Source: the human T2T-CHM13v2.0 reference genome, Homo sapiens. Taken from it: 64,000 nt of DNA. The translations under genes were made by a program, and so were the position numbers. The notes beneath the pieces were generated by a model. The model saw nothing but the letters and a program-made list of their open reading frames with translations, did no database searches and was not told the DNA's origin. The DNA lies in NCBI RefSeq assembly GCF_009914755.1, contig NC_060947.1. One strand, given 5' to 3'. The stretch's first letter is position 1. Each line of letters starts with the position of its first letter. This document shows positions 40,994-56,280 of this stretch, piece by piece.

Positions 40994-42395
40994 TTTTTTT
41001 TGTTAACTAGTTTCTAAATTGTTATTTATTTTTATTTGTAACAAGCCATTTACTTAAGTTTATGTAAAGGGATAGTTTATGCTTAAAGGATAGCAGAGGT
41101 TGTTGCTGTTCTATTTAGCGTATAGCAAACATGGCCAGATTTTACTTTTGAACTTCCTGGAAGCTCTTCATTGGACCTTGAGCTAACACAATATATCTTT
41201 TGTCACCAAAAGAGTATTATTCTTATGTCATAATGAGAACAATAATTTACATGCTTTGCATAATAAATGCCTAAAAGACATTTTATTTTATGACTGCATT
41301 ATTTTTCTTGCTATAATGGGGATATTGTAAATCATATATTTGTATAATATTGATGGTACTTATTTATTTTTTATATGTTACTGTATGATGTACATTACAA
41401 AATCAAAGCAATTTGTCTTGATCTCTTAATCTTAAGAGTAACACTTTAACTCACTTAATCTTTCTAATGCATATTACAAGTGATGTATACTTTTTTTTGA
41501 AGTTACATACTTGCCAATTTAATTTCAAAGCTACAAACCAAGCTCAAGTCTCAAGTGCAGCAAATGCCTCTGAAATGAGGTTTCTATGGATTCATAAACA
41601 TAAAACAATCAGTGCAAAAGAATAATTGAAATGATTTGTCTCCTACTTTTTTTTTTCTTGTCCCAAGCATTTTTTTTTAATTATACTTTAAGTTCTAGGG
41701 TACATGTGCACAATGTGCAGGTTTGTTACATATGTATACATGTGCCATGTTGGTGTGCTGCACCCATTAACTCGTCATTTACATTAGGTATATCTCCTAA
41801 TGCTATCCCTCCCCGCTCCCCCGACCCCACGACAGGCCCCGGTGTGTGATGTTCCCCTTCCTGTGTCCAAGTGTTCTCATTGTTCATTTCCTACCTATGA
41901 GTGAGAACATGCAGTGTTTGTTTTTTTTGTCCCTGCGATAGTTTGCTGAGAATGATGGTTTCCAACTTCATCCATGTCCCTACAAAGGACATGAACTCAT
42001 CTTTTTTATGGCTGCATAGTATTCCATGGTGTATATGTGCCACATTTTCTTAATCCAGTCTATCATTGATGGACATTTGGGTTGGTTCCAAGTCTTTGCT
42101 ATTGTGAATAGTGCCACAATAAACATACGTGTGCATGTGTCTTTATGGCAGCATGATTTATAATCCTTTGGGTGTATACCCAGTAATGGGATGGCTGGGT
42201 CAAATGGTATTTCTAGTTCTAGATCCTTGAGGAATCCTTACACTGTCTTCCACAATGGTTGAACTGGTTTACAGTCCTATCAACAGTGTCAAAGTGTTCC
42301 TATTTCTCCACATCCTCTCCAGCACCTGTTGTTTCCTGACTTTTTAATGATCACCATTCTAACTGGTGCAAGATGGTATCTCATTGTGGTTTTGA
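40994..42395 (-). mobile_element. 5'-truncated L1PA (L1PA4-like, 41670-42395) with a ~670-bp 3' transduction (41002-41669)
   Basis: One TSD, ttacc(t/c)ctcttcctctttt at 40975-40993 and 42396-42414, encloses poly-T, unique DNA, a second poly-T and the L1PA 3' UTR. Confidence 0.88.
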
Positions 42396-42772
42396 TTACC
42401 CCTCTTCCTCTTTTAATAAAGCCTCCAGTACAATCAGGGAGGCTCCACTTTAATGACCTTCTCTAGTCCTAATTACGTCCCAAAGGCGCCACCTCCAAAT
42501 ACCATCAACATACAAAATTGGGGATTAAATTTCCAACACATGAAATTTTGGGGACACATTCAAACCATAGCAGGTAATATGGACATTTTAACAATATTCA
42601 CTCCTTCAATCCATTAACATGACATGTCTTTCCATTTATTTGTGTTTCCTTTAATTTCTTCATCTGTGTTTTGTATTTTTTGGTGTATAAGTTTTTTATT
42701 TCTTAGTATTTTAAGTATTTTAAATGTTTATTTAAAACTTAAGTTTATTTCTAAGTATTTTATTCACCTTGA

Positions 42773-43177
<405 letters not shown>

Positions 43178-43602
43178 TTGATTTTGTATTTTTAAACTTT
43201 ACTAATTTTTAAATTAGTTCTGTTTATTCTGGAGTATTTAGGGTTTTCTACACGGAAGATCATGTTACCTGCAAAGAGATTTTATATCTTTCTTTCCTAT
43301 TTGAATGCCTTTTATTTATTTTCCTTGCCTAATTGCTTTTGCTAGGATTCCAGTACTATGTTGAATAGAAGTTGTGAGAGTGGGCATTCTTGCCTTGCTC
43401 CTAATCTTAGAAGAAAAGCCTTCAGTTTTTTATTATTGAATGTGATGTTAGTTTTGTTTATTATGTTGAGGTAATTTATCCTTATTCCTAGTTTGTTGAG
43501 TGTTTTTATCATGATATGGGGTATTACATTTTGTCAAATGCTTTTTTTATTACATCTGTTGAGACGATCATGTGATTTTTATCCTTTATTCTGTCAATGC
43601 AG

Positions 43603-43968
43603 TGCTATGCTCTGAATGTTTGTGTGCCTCCCCCTATTTCTATGTTGAAACTTAATCACCAATATGATAGTATCAGAAGATAGGGCCTTTGGGAAGCAAT
43701 TAGGTCATGAGGGCAGAGCTCTTAGGAATGGGGTTAGTGCCCTTACAAAAGAGGACCCAAAGAGCTCCCTTGCCCCTTCCATTATGCAAAGACACAGATA
43801 GAAGACACCATCTATGATCCAGAGAGCAGACCTTCACTAGACAAAAAATCTGCCTGGGCCTTGATCTTGAATTTCTCACCCTCTAGAACTGTGAGAAATA
43901 AATTTCTGTTGTTTATAAGCCAACCAGCTTATGTTCTTTTGTTATAACAGCTTGCACAGACTTAGGTA
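43603..43968 (+). mobile_element. MLT1A0-like solo LTR within L1MA9
   Basis: tgctatgctctgaatgtttgtgt..aattaggtcatgagggcagagc..agaactgtgagaaataaatttctgttgtttataagcca. Confidence 0.85.
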
Positions 43969-45877
43969 GGTGGTGTGTATCACATTTATTGATTTGCATA
44001 TGTTGAACCATCCTTACATCCCAGGGATAAATCTCACTTGGTAATGGTACGTGATTCTTTTAATGTGCTATTGAATTCTGCTTGATAATATTTTGTTCAG
44101 GATTTTTGCATCTATATTCTTCAGGAATATTGGCCTGTAATTTTCTTTCCTTTAGGTATCTTTGGTTTTGGTTATCAGGTTAATGCTGGCCTCATAAAAT
44201 TAGTTGGTTAATGTTCCTTCCTCTTCAATTTTTCAGAAGACTTTGAGAATTATTGGTTTGAATTCTTCTTCAAATGTTTGGTAGAATTCATCAGTGAAGA
44301 CATCTGGTCCTGGGCTTCTTGTCATTGTCAGAATATTTTTGATTACTGATTCATTCTCGTTATCATTATATATATATGTTATGATTTTCTATTTTTCATG
44401 ATCCAGCTTTGGTAATTTGTATGTTTCTAAAAAAATTATCCTTCTAGTTTATCCAGTTTGTGTAAAATTGGGTAAGGTAATCTCTTATGTCCCTTCTGAT
44501 TTTGTGGCAGGGGTTGTCATGTCTCCTCTTTAATTTCTAATTTTATTTATTTCAGTCTTCTCTCTTTTTTCTTAGTTATTCTAGCTAAAGGCTTGTGAAT
44601 TTTATCTTTTCATAAAAACTCTAAATTTCATTTTTTTATTGTTTTTCGATACTCAATTTTATTTGTTCTCTAACCTTTATTTCCTTCTTTCTTCTAACAT
44701 TTGTCTCAGTTTATTCTTTTCTAGTTCCTCGAGGTGTAAATTTAGGTTGTTTTCGAGAAACCTTTCATCATTTTTAATATAGGAATTTATTGCTGCAGAC
44801 TTTACTTCTAGTACTGCTTTTGCTGGACCCCATATAGTTTGGCATATTGTATTTTTGTTTTCATTTGTCTCAAGATTTTTATTTTATTTTTTTCTGTAGA
44901 CCTCCTCTGTGGACATCAAGATATTTTTAAATTTCCCTTTTGATTCTTCTTTGATCCATTTGTTATTCAAAAGTGTGTTATTTAGCTTCCACACATTTAT
45001 AAATTTTCCAGTTTTTCTTTTGCTATTGATTGCTAGTTTCATTCCATTATGGTTAGAAAAGATATTTGGTATAATTTCAATCTTCTTAAATTTATTAAAG
45101 CTTGTTTTTGTGATCTAATGTGATCTATATTGAAATTTTTCTCTGTGTGCTTTAGAAGAATGTGTACTTATTACTTTGGGGTGGAATATTCTGTATATGA
45201 CTGTTAGGTCCATTTGTTCTATACTGTTGTTCAAGTCTACTCTTATGATATTGATTTTTTCGTTTGGATATTCTATCCATTATTGAAAATTGAGTATTGA
45301 ATCGCCTACTATTATTGTATTGCTGTCTATTTTTCCTTTCAGTTATGTGAATATTTGATTTTTATATTTAGGAGCTCTGATGTTGGGTGCATATATATTT
45401 ATAGTTATATATTTCTGTTGCATTGGCACTATTATCATTATATAATGTCCTTTTTGTCTCTTGTGACAGTTTATGACTTACTATTTTGTCTGATATAAGT
45501 ATAGCTACTGTTCCTCTCTTGATTACCATTCGCACAGAATATCTTTTTCCAATCTTTCACTTTCAACCTATTTGTGTACTTAAACCTAAAATGAGTCTAT
45601 TGTGGACAATGTATAGTTGGATCTTATTTTTTTACCCATTCAGCCACTCAATGCCTTATTATTGGGGAGTTTAATTCACTTACATTTAAAGCAATTTTTC
45701 TTAGGGAATCATTTATTATTGCCATTTTGTCAATCAATTTCTGTCTGTCTTTTAGTTCTTTTCTCCCTTTTTTCTTCTCTTGCAGTTTTCCTTTGTGTTT
45801 CATAGATTTTTGTATTGATCCGCTTTGATTCCTTTCTGTCTCTCTCTGTCTCTCTTATTTTTGTTTATCTTCTATAG

Positions 45878-46327
<450 letters not shown>

Positions 46328-46578
46328 CCATGAATGTATTTTATAGTTACTTTTAATACTTTTGTCTTTTAAGTTATATAATATGGTTAAAAGTGATTTA
46401 CCCACCAGCATTACAGTATTATAATATTCTGAATTTGCCTATATATTTACCTTGACCATCGAATTTTATGCTTCTGTATGCTTTCGTTTTGCTGTTTAGC
46501 AACCTTTTATTTCAATTTCTGCATTTTTTGTAAGGCATGTCTAGTGTTAATGAACTCCTGAAGCTTTTGTTTGTTTAG

Positions 46579-47019
<441 letters not shown>

Positions 47020-47409
47020 TAATTGAATTTCCCTTATACATGCCAGGTCACTGTTCTTCTGCTACTTTCAAAATGCTCTCTTTGACTTTAACTTTTGATA
47101 ATTGATTATAATATATCTTAGTGTAGATTTTCTGCGTTCATCTTATTTGGCATTTATTGGGCTTTCTGGATCTGGATGTCCATTCCCTTTCCAAGATTTA
47201 TGAAGTTTTGGATATTATTTATTTGAATACTCTTTCTGTCCCTTTCTATATCTTTTTTCTTTCCGATGCTCACATAATGCATATGTTGGTTTGCTTTATG
47301 TTGTCTCATAAGTCTCTTAAGTTTTATTCACTTCTTTTCATTCTTTCTTCTTTTTGCTACTCCGACTTGTTAATTTCCAATAACCTGTGTTTGAGATTAC
47401 TGATCCTTT

Positions 47410-47492
47410 GTCACGCTCCTGGCTTCAAGCAGTCTTCCTTCTTTGGCCTCCCAAAGTGCTAGGATTATAGGCATGAGTCACTGCACCTGATT
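47410..47492 (-). mobile_element. Alu 5' fragment (first ~83 nt, AluJ/FLAM-like)
   Basis: ctcctggcttcaagc..ggcctcccaaagtgctaggattataggcatgag; flanked by tt(a/g)ct(g/c)atccttt. Confidence 0.8.
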
Positions 47493-49232
47493 TTGCTCAT
47501 CCTTTCTTCTGCTTGATCTAGTCTGCAATTGAACCTCTCTAGTGAATTTTTCAGTTCAGTTATTTATTGCATTCTTCAGCTTCCAGATTTCTGTTTGGTA
47601 CTTCTTATATTTTCTCTGTTGAAATTCTCACTTTATTTATGCATTCTTCTCTTGACCTCCTTGAGCATCTTTATGATGGTTATTTTGATTTCTATGTAAG
47701 GTAAATCAAATATCTCCATACCATTAGGGTTTCTGGAAATTTATCCTGTTCCTTGTTCTGGAATATATTTTCCTGTGTCTTCATTTTCCTTACATGGTTT
47801 TAGTTTCATAGTACTAGAAAGGCGAAAACATCCCCCAGTTAGATACAGTACCCATTTTCATAAGACATTTAGGTAAAAGGGGTTACAGCTACCTTACATA
47901 AAGCTTGTTTAAACATCTTACACCTGTTATAATTCTATTAACCTGTATGTTTTTATGTTCTGATCCCAGGAAGCCTTTTTACCCCCAGACCATTTTACCT
48001 TTTCTGGTGAAAAGGGTTTGAAAGGGGGTTGGGTCTGTAAGACCTATGAGGATAGCAGATTTGATAAGGCTTCTTAAATAGTCCTATGATTCTGTGGGAG
48101 GGGCACCCATGTAAAAAGGGCCCCCTTAACCCCCAAATTTACCATGATCCAGATAATAGACATATTAGGTGGGAGGATATCACAGTTATCATAAATCTAG
48201 TCCAACATGGCTTGCGTATGAAATATATTAACGGTTTCATCTGGGGTACTTCACTTGGTATTTTATAGAGAGAGTTGGGCAGTCCCCTTCTTAGGGCAAA
48301 TAGACCTTTTAATGGCATTATCTGGCCCACTAGGCTGATCGCTTTCTCAGGAATAACCCCCTGTGCATTAGTGATTGTTCAGTAATGAGCTGTTGGTCCT
48401 GTATTAATCCAAACAAGCTTTTAAAATCTGTAGCATTTAAAATTAAGAATTTTGTTCTTAAAGTGGTTATTTTTACAATCCACTATAGTGAAGTTTCTTT
48501 AAAGAAGCCGAATTATACCAATCTACAAAATGGAACAATTTCTTTATATTACACCCTTTGGTTTTAAATAGTTAATTGGTTTTGCCCTTCCCTCATATCG
48601 ACTATTTTCTTGGTAACCATAGGGCTCAGAGTTTTGTTGCCCTGGCTTGTTCTTTTTAAAATTTACTTAGTTTTATCCGTATAAGTTCCTTTATTATAAA
48701 GCAACTTTTAAATAGATCTTTAAGCAAAAAAACTTACTTTTTTGAGAATTGACATCCTTTTGTTTATAAAACTTTAACAAAAGCATATTTTATGCTTCTC
48801 CTATTTTAACTTTTTAGTAACCTAAATTTCTAATGGGGGAAAAAAATCCAAGGGTTTAAACAGGACTTTAAGATTTTTAAATTACTGGAGAGTTTTCAGA
48901 TTAAATTTACCAAATTAATTTTTACCAAAAAATTACCAAGGTTATGTAAATTAGAAGGCATCTGAGCTAGCTTTTACCAATCTAATAAGCACTTACATTT
49001 TTTAAGTTACTTGATTAGAGCTCTCACATGTAGTTTTGAAGTGAAACATCACTTCCACATGACACATATAAAGATCGAGATATAACAGGCATGCAGAATA
49101 AAAGGCATGTTCAAAAGATACTTAATTTGCCTGTTTTCGAAAACAATTTTTCTCCCTTACTTAGATAATTAGTAAAAGTTACAGGAGCCAACAAAAGGTA
49201 GAGGAAAGGAAAGAGCCATCACTCAAGGCCTT

Positions 49233-49525
49233 TCCGTTTTTTTTGACCGAGTCTTGCTCTGTCGCCCAGGCTGCAGTGCAGTGGTGAGATCTCGGCTCAC
49301 TGCAATCTTCACCTCCTGGGTTCAAGAGATTCTCCAAGCCTCAGCCTCCTGAGTAGGTGGGATCACAGGCACCCACCACTACAGCCGGCTAATTTTTGTA
49401 TTTTTAGTAGATACAGGATTTCACCATGTTGGCTAGCCTGGTCTCAAACTCCTGACCTCAGGTGATCCACCAGCCTTGGCCTCCCAGTGTGCTGGGATTA
49501 CAGGTGTGAGCCAAGGTGCCCAGCC
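49233..49525 (-). mobile_element. AluSx in the ERV internal region
   Basis: Antisense Alu flanked by ggccttt. Confidence 0.92.
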
Positions 49526-51108
49526 TGGCCTTTTCAAAAGAGAAAGAGTGGCACTTTTAAGATATCAATCTGAAGAATGTTAAAGAAACAGATTATAGAA
49601 TTTAAAAGTTTAAAAACTTCTTGCATTAAAAATAAGTCAGTATTTGTAATAAAATTTTGTTTTAACCAATTATTTAGTTTTGTATTAGTGCATTTCCTTT
49701 TAATATTAAAGACCCATCTCTAGAAATATTATTATGATTTCATTTTAATTATAGCCAACTGAATTATACAACCCCTTTAAAAATTCATTTTGCTGACCTT
49801 ACTACGACTTATGTAGTTCATTCACAACATGTTTAGACTGTTTTGTCTTAAACATCCCTCTTTCTTGTACAACCCCGTCATTTTTATTTTAGGGCAAAAA
49901 TTTACCACACAAGATTCTTTCCTATATAAAATTACTTTTTTTTACCTTTTTTTTTTTTTTTACCAAAAATACCTCTTTATATCTTTAACTTTCTTTACAT
50001 CTCTTATTTTCTGATTCCTTTACCTTGTTTTTTACATAACCCTTAAATAAGCCTTGAATTAGACAAAGATATTTTACCTTTAATAAGAATATTTTTTTAA
50101 AAAAGGTTTTCCTGTAATTCTTAAATTAGAATTGCCCATTTAATACTAATTAATAACCTTAGATCCTAAATTATGACAAGTTTGTTTAAAAGCATTTATC
50201 TTGTTACGTTTACCTGATTAATTTAGTAGTTTACCTAGATTATTTACAAAAACTGTGATAGCCAATATTTAAAGTTATTTTTCTATTAACCATTCTTATA
50301 GCTGTGAGTTTCAGGTATCTACTTAAGTAATAAAACTTATGGTTAGTTTTAAGGGTATTTATACCAATAGCTGAGTATTTAGCTGTTTTCATTTAAGCCA
50401 ACCATATTTCATAAGCATATACAAGCAAAGATCATTCTGTCTTAGGCTGGGTTTTATAGTTTATAACCCTTATGGCAAATCTTATAGTATTCTGCAGGAA
50501 TAAACATGAAGCTACTTGATTAATAGATGCAAACATAATGTTAACAATTCTAAAGACATTGCTGATATTATTTTACCAATAATTTTAACGCCACCTTATT
50601 TAGTAAAGATTTCACTTAAGTCACATGAGCTTGAAAAAGCATTTGACTAGTCTTCCTTTTTTTCTAAGTATCTGATTTGAGCACTTTTTAAAGCCAATTA
50701 ATTAGAGCTCTTTACATATTTTTAGTATTGAAGATGTTGTGTACATACACATAAATATATAGACGTATTAAGCATGCCAATAGAAGCACATTGCATAGAC
50801 TTATAAAGACCTTCTTTTTTTTTTCATGTTTTAAAAATCTTACCCCAGGCAGTTGTCAGCTAAATAGCCTTACATTTGTGTATTAAAAGCAACTCAGGTG
50901 AAAATCAGATAGCAAAGTTTACATCATAAGGTAAGAAGAGAAAGTCTGGTGTGCTAGAGGGAAATTAAAAAGGATTCAATTGCCAATTGAACATAAAATT
51001 ATAGAAGTCTATTATAAAGGCCTTTAAATATACACACACACGCAAAGTTCCCATAGCTATTACTTCAGTACTTTAGCCATGAGACAAATACAACTTTGCC
51101 AGTTTGCA

Positions 51109-51146
51109 AAACAACAACAACAACAATAACAACAACAACAACAACA
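51109..51146. repeat. (CAA)n microsatellite
   Basis: aacaacaacaacaacaataacaacaacaacaacaac. Confidence 0.9.
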
Positions 51147-52159
51147 AAAAACCACTGTTAGATGGCAGTGGTTTTTATCTCAGTTGAAAAGTAACAGCAG
51201 ATTTAAAGCAGGCAGAAAATAAAATAGAACCCAAAAGCTCTATAGTTTGCAGGTCAACCTTAGGACTCTTTTTCCTTAATGTAAATGTGCACAAAGACCA
51301 TATTACTTCCATTTTATATAACTCTGGCAAGTACAGGTGTGATAAAACCTATGGAGCGCCCAGAAGGGGGTCATTCTCCTTGTTTTATCTTTATTCCGGC
51401 TTTTTTTTTTTTCTTAAAGGAGGAACTGAGCTGTGCCCTAGGTTCTTGTGTGGTGGATCCACGTGTGCTGTTTGTGGGATCCATGTGTGCTGTTTGCGGG
51501 CAGGACTCTACAGTTTGTCACCACTGAGTGTTTCTGCCCTCTTATGTGTCTCAGTTTCTCTCTCCAGAGGTCTATGACCTCTGAAAGGGCTCAAAACGCT
51601 GGGTAATGAGCAATTCTATGCGTTTCCTGGACGAGCCATTTTTTAAAATTGATTTTTGTTGGGGATTTCCCTGCAGGGCCGCTGCACATCTCGGGGAGTC
51701 AACCCCTCAGACACTCCCATGAGGCTCCCGGTCACCCAAGGGCACCTTTCAGCTGGGAGGAGCAAATGCCCTTTCTCTTCAGAGATGAAAAACTCAGTCT
51801 CTCATTTATCTAGGAAAACAACAGCTCAGTTCCTCACACAAATGCACACAGACAAACCGGAATAGGATAAATTTTAGTAGAAAAAGCAATAGAGAATTCC
51901 CTTTAGAATGCATCTCTGAACTAGAATTAGGATCCTTAAACAACAACTTCCTAGGAGAAAACCAACTCAGAATAAATCAAGGACCATCAACCAAAGGGAG
52001 GTCCAGGACTCAGAGGACTCACCAGTTCCACTGGAGGAGAAGCTCCAACTCGGTGGGGCTTCAATGGACCCCTGCTGATACGTTAGCTCCGGTTTCGGGC
52101 AACTCCTTCGGGGTCCTGAGTCTTCTCTGAGGCCCCACATGTTTTGGGAGCCAGATTAT

Positions 52160-52917
52160 TGTTGACGAAAAGAGTCAAACTCTGTAAAATATTTTAAGAG
52201 ATTTATTCTGAGCCAAATATGAGTGACCATGGCCCGTGACACAACCCTCAGGAGCTCCTGAGAACATGTGCCCCAGGTCTTTGGGGTACAGCTTGGTTTT
52301 ACATATTTTAGGAAGGCACGAGACATCAGTCAAATACATTTAAGAAATACATTGGTTTGGTTCAGAAAAGCGGGACAACTCGAAGCGGGGGCTTCCAGGC
52401 TATAGGTAAATTTAAACATTTTCTGGTTGACAATTGGTTGAGTTTGTCTAAAGACCTGGGATCCATAGAAAGGAATGTTCAGGTTAAAGATAAAGTATTG
52501 TGGAGACCAAGTTTTATTGTGCAGAGGAATCTCTCAGATAGCAGACTTCAGAGACAGCATGTTGTAAATTGTTTCCTATTGCACTTAAAAGGTTGCCTTG
52601 CTCTTAGTTGATTATCTCCTGGATCGAGAAAGAAAGGAAGGAAAACAAAGGGGGAAGGGGCTTCTCTATAGAATGTGGGTTTTTCTCACAATAGACTTTG
52701 CAGGGGAATTTCAAGGTCTGGCAAGGAAATATATTTTGGGGTTAAATATTTTTTCATTGTCTCATAATGTTATGCCAGAGTCAGATTGAAAAGTAAGTCA
52801 CAATACATAGGGTCAAATAAAGCTCATCTGATGAGAATTTATGGTTTGTAGGGCATGACTCCCTCGACCCCTTAGGTAGGAATTTGGGTAAGAAAAAAAA
52901 TCAGAGCGTAGTCCTCA
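52160..52917 (-). mobile_element. MER4D/E-like 5' LTR
   Basis: tgttgacgaaaagagtcaaactctg...cagagcgtagtcctca (TG..CA termini), 758 bp. Confidence 0.85.
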
Positions 52918-52924
52918 AATGCAT

Positions 52925-53225
52925 CATCAGAAAAGGTCACCAAATTATTGGAGTAGCGCACTCCAAAACCCTGTTCTTCCACTAAAAGAAAAATTAAGCA
53001 AAAGTGGTCAGAATCAACTTTTTCAGAACTCTAGAATATAATCCCAAACTTACAATGACTAGGGGAATGTTTAATGAAAGAAGCTGCTGAAGTTTGTTAA
53101 GAGAACTCTGATGATTTAACTCCTCACTTCCCATTCCCCACTCCCACCAGCTCAGTGGTGAGTATCATAAAAACAGCAACCCACATACCTGGTGCAGCTT
53201 GCTAGTACCAGAGGAGCAATATAAA
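52925..53225 (+). mobile_element. L1M 5' UTR fragment related to the element at 12730
   Basis: tggtcagaatcaactttttcagaactct is nearly identical to 12798-12825. Confidence 0.65.
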
Positions 53226-53229
53226 ACAC

Positions 53230-53481
<252 letters not shown>

Positions 53482-53514
53482 AATTGTGCTTGTTTAAAGA
53501 CTTAAAAATAAGGA

Positions 53515-54345
53515 CACCATGCTAAGTGAAATAAGCCAAAAACAGCAAGAAGAATACTGAATAATTTCACTTATATGTAGAATCTAAACAAGTCAAATAC
53601 ATAGAAACAGAGTAAAATGGTAGCTACCAGGGGTTGGTGGGTAGGAGAAACAGGGAGATGTTGGCCAAATGGTACAAAGTTGCAGTTATATAGGATTTAT
53701 AAGTCTAGAGATATAATGTACAGTATGGCAACTATAGTTAATAATACTGTATTGTAGACTGAAAATTTGCTAAATAAATGTCTATCAGCTAATGAATGGA
53801 TAACAAAATGTGTTACCATCCATACAATGAAATATATTCTGTCATAAAAAGGAATGGAGTGCTGATACGTACTGCAACATGAATGAACCTTGAAAACATT
53901 ATCGTAAGTGAATAAAGCCAGTCAAGAAAAATCACATATTATATGACTTTATATATATGAAATATTCTCAGTAGGTAAATAGAGAGAAACAAAACTAATG
54001 GTTGCCATGGGCTGGGTGAAGGTAGGTATGGGAAATGATTGTTTGGGTAGTGAGCTTCCTTTTGGGATGATGAAAAGGTCCTAGACTTAGGTAGTAGTGA
54101 TGGTTGTACAATATTGTAAATGTACTAAAGGCCACAGAATTGTGCACTTTAAAATGGCAAATTTATGTTAAGTGATTTTTACTACAACAATAATTTTATA
54201 AAACAATGAGAAACAGAATGATGAAGCAAATGTGGTAAAGTGTTAACATTTGGGAGTCCTGTTTGAATATGAGAACTATTTGCAATTTTGCAGATTTTCT
54301 ATAAATCTGAAATCACTTCAAAATAAAATGTTACAAAAAGTTTCA
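53515..54345 (+). mobile_element. Mosaic of L1MB/L1MC 3' ends
   Basis: atgctaagtgaaataagcc..ggtacaaagttgcagtt (to ~53775); aaatgtctatcagc..gaaccttgaaaacatt (to ~54200); aagcaaatgtggtaaa..cttcaaaataaaa. Confidence 0.75.
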
Positions 54346-54559
54346 AGACTAATGAATCCAGATAACAGATTGTTGGGTTATTCTTAAGTAAAAGAATAGG
54401 CAACTCTTCCACTGAAGGTGAAGGGCAGAAGGGGAGTATGTGTGTGGATTTAATTAAGTTTGTAACTGGATCACCAGGGTTATAGATCATCCCTGGGATA
54501 GGGGTGGGGTCATTGTTCTTTCTGTGTAATAGAAGGTTAGTGCTTTTGCTGAAAGAGAA

Positions 54560-55020
54560 TGTCTTAGCATTGTACCCTCAGAAGTTAATACTGAGACAGG
54601 GTTTGCGTGAACATAGTTTATTTGGGTGTTACTTCCAAAAATCACCATTAGATTTATTTAGGAAGTTAGACAGGTAGGAGAAGTAAGCCAATAAAATGTG
54701 TACTATGTAGCAGGTTTCCGCTTTGGCCAACTGTGGCTCAGTCTTGCTGGGAAATGCTGGGAAACAGAGCAGAACATACATCAGAATTACTCCATTTTAG
54801 AAGCAAGGGAACTGGAATATTTCTTCTCCATCTTCCACCTGTCATTGGCTGAGAGCTCCTCCCAGGGACATTAGCTTTCCACGACTTCCAGTCCTCCCCA
54901 GGCCAGCTGAGATAAAAGATTTTAGTTGAGAGGTATGGGTGTTTACAGTAGGGTGAAGTCAGCATGTACTGGAGCAGCAGGGACTGAGGAAATATTTGAA
55001 AGCATTGACAGCACCTTCAA
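54560..55020 (-). mobile_element. LTR16/LTR33-class ERVL LTR
   Basis: tgtcttag..tactgagacaggg..agtttatttggg..gtcattggctgag..cattgacagcacc. Confidence 0.6.
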
Positions 55021-56280
55021 TAATGAGATAGAAAATGAGGAAAAACATGGTTTGAAGAGAGTGATGAGGTTAAAAAATATATACTAGTTAGGAGTGGGCA
55101 AAGGGATCCTCTAGGGAACATGTATATTGGTTGCCATGATTGCCATGCAGGCTTTTGAACCTGATGAAAGTTGGTGTCCATGGATTTATCATGGCACCAA
55201 TCCTCCCATGGTCACAGAGTGGGTGGAGTATAGAAGCTGTGGAAGCAGTCAGGAATTTGACCTTTTGTGTTTTTCTTAGCAATTGTATAAACCTATTAGC
55301 ACATCTCACTGAGACTTCGGACTACGAAAACATTTGCTCGTATATTTTCATATGAAGTAGAATACTCTTAAGCTGGTTCTCTTTCTTATACATACTTAGG
55401 ATGTGAACCTCAATATATAAGTTTATATTTATATAATCCTGTTGTTTTCAGGATTTCCAGGCTTTAGATATCGGTACATTTTATAAGGTCATGAAACTAA
55501 ATCTTCGTCAGCACTGGATGAATGTGCCAACTCAGTGCATAGTAGTGGGTACTATATAAAAGTAGAGTGGCCTCTGCCCTCCAAAGCTCAAAAACTTGCA
55601 GGGGGTGAGAAACCTGTAAATAGATAAGCAGGATACAGTGGATTCAGTGCTGTGATAGAGATGCATAATAGATGCTCAGTTAACATTTGTTGAATAACTG
55701 AATGAAATGTGATCCAAGATACAATTTTTCTTGTTGGAATATGCTTATCTTTAAGGGTGTCATCTAAGTTGACAAAATGTTGCAAATGGCATGTTCTTAG
55801 ATAAAGTTAGTGACTACAGACTTCAACTGTTATCAAGAAAAGATGTAAATATTTACCATCACATGGTGAGAAGGTTTTCTTAACTCTTGCATAAGCAGAC
55901 TAGGGAAAACAGAAGAAAACACTGTGACCCATAATTTTCCAAATTTGTTTTCATGGGAGGGGAGAATGAGACACATGAGTCATTTTCACTTCTGTTAGCT
56001 GATTTTTCTCATGATTATTAAGCCACAGAGGCCACATTGCTTCTTCTATGGTGATCAAGTTTAACAGAGAAGCATCATGAGTCCTGAAAGAATCTCACTC
56101 CATGACGATGAAGTGTGTATATTCTGGGAATAATAATGAACTCATCTCACCTTGACACTCATAAAAGTGAAAGCCTTTAGTAGCTAGATTTTAAATATTT
56201 TACAATTGTTTTATTAGCCATGCAACAATTTCTTAAAATTTATTTTCATCTAACACTAGAGACAAATAAAGAAAAGTCCT

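Larger units (their letters stand above)
47790..52159 (-). mobile_element. MER4-group ERV1 internal sequence, 3'-truncated
   Basis: AT-rich ERV1-type internal sequence contiguous with the LTR at 52160. Degenerate PBS on the minus strand (tggctcccaaaacatgtggggc, resembling the tRNA-Lys-type TGGCGCCCAACGTGGGGC). Confidence 0.7.

Noticed and set aside
51455-51498. 22-bp tandem duplication ggatccaygtgtgctgtttgyg
   Set aside because: It is a two-copy slippage inside the ERV leader with no spacer structure.
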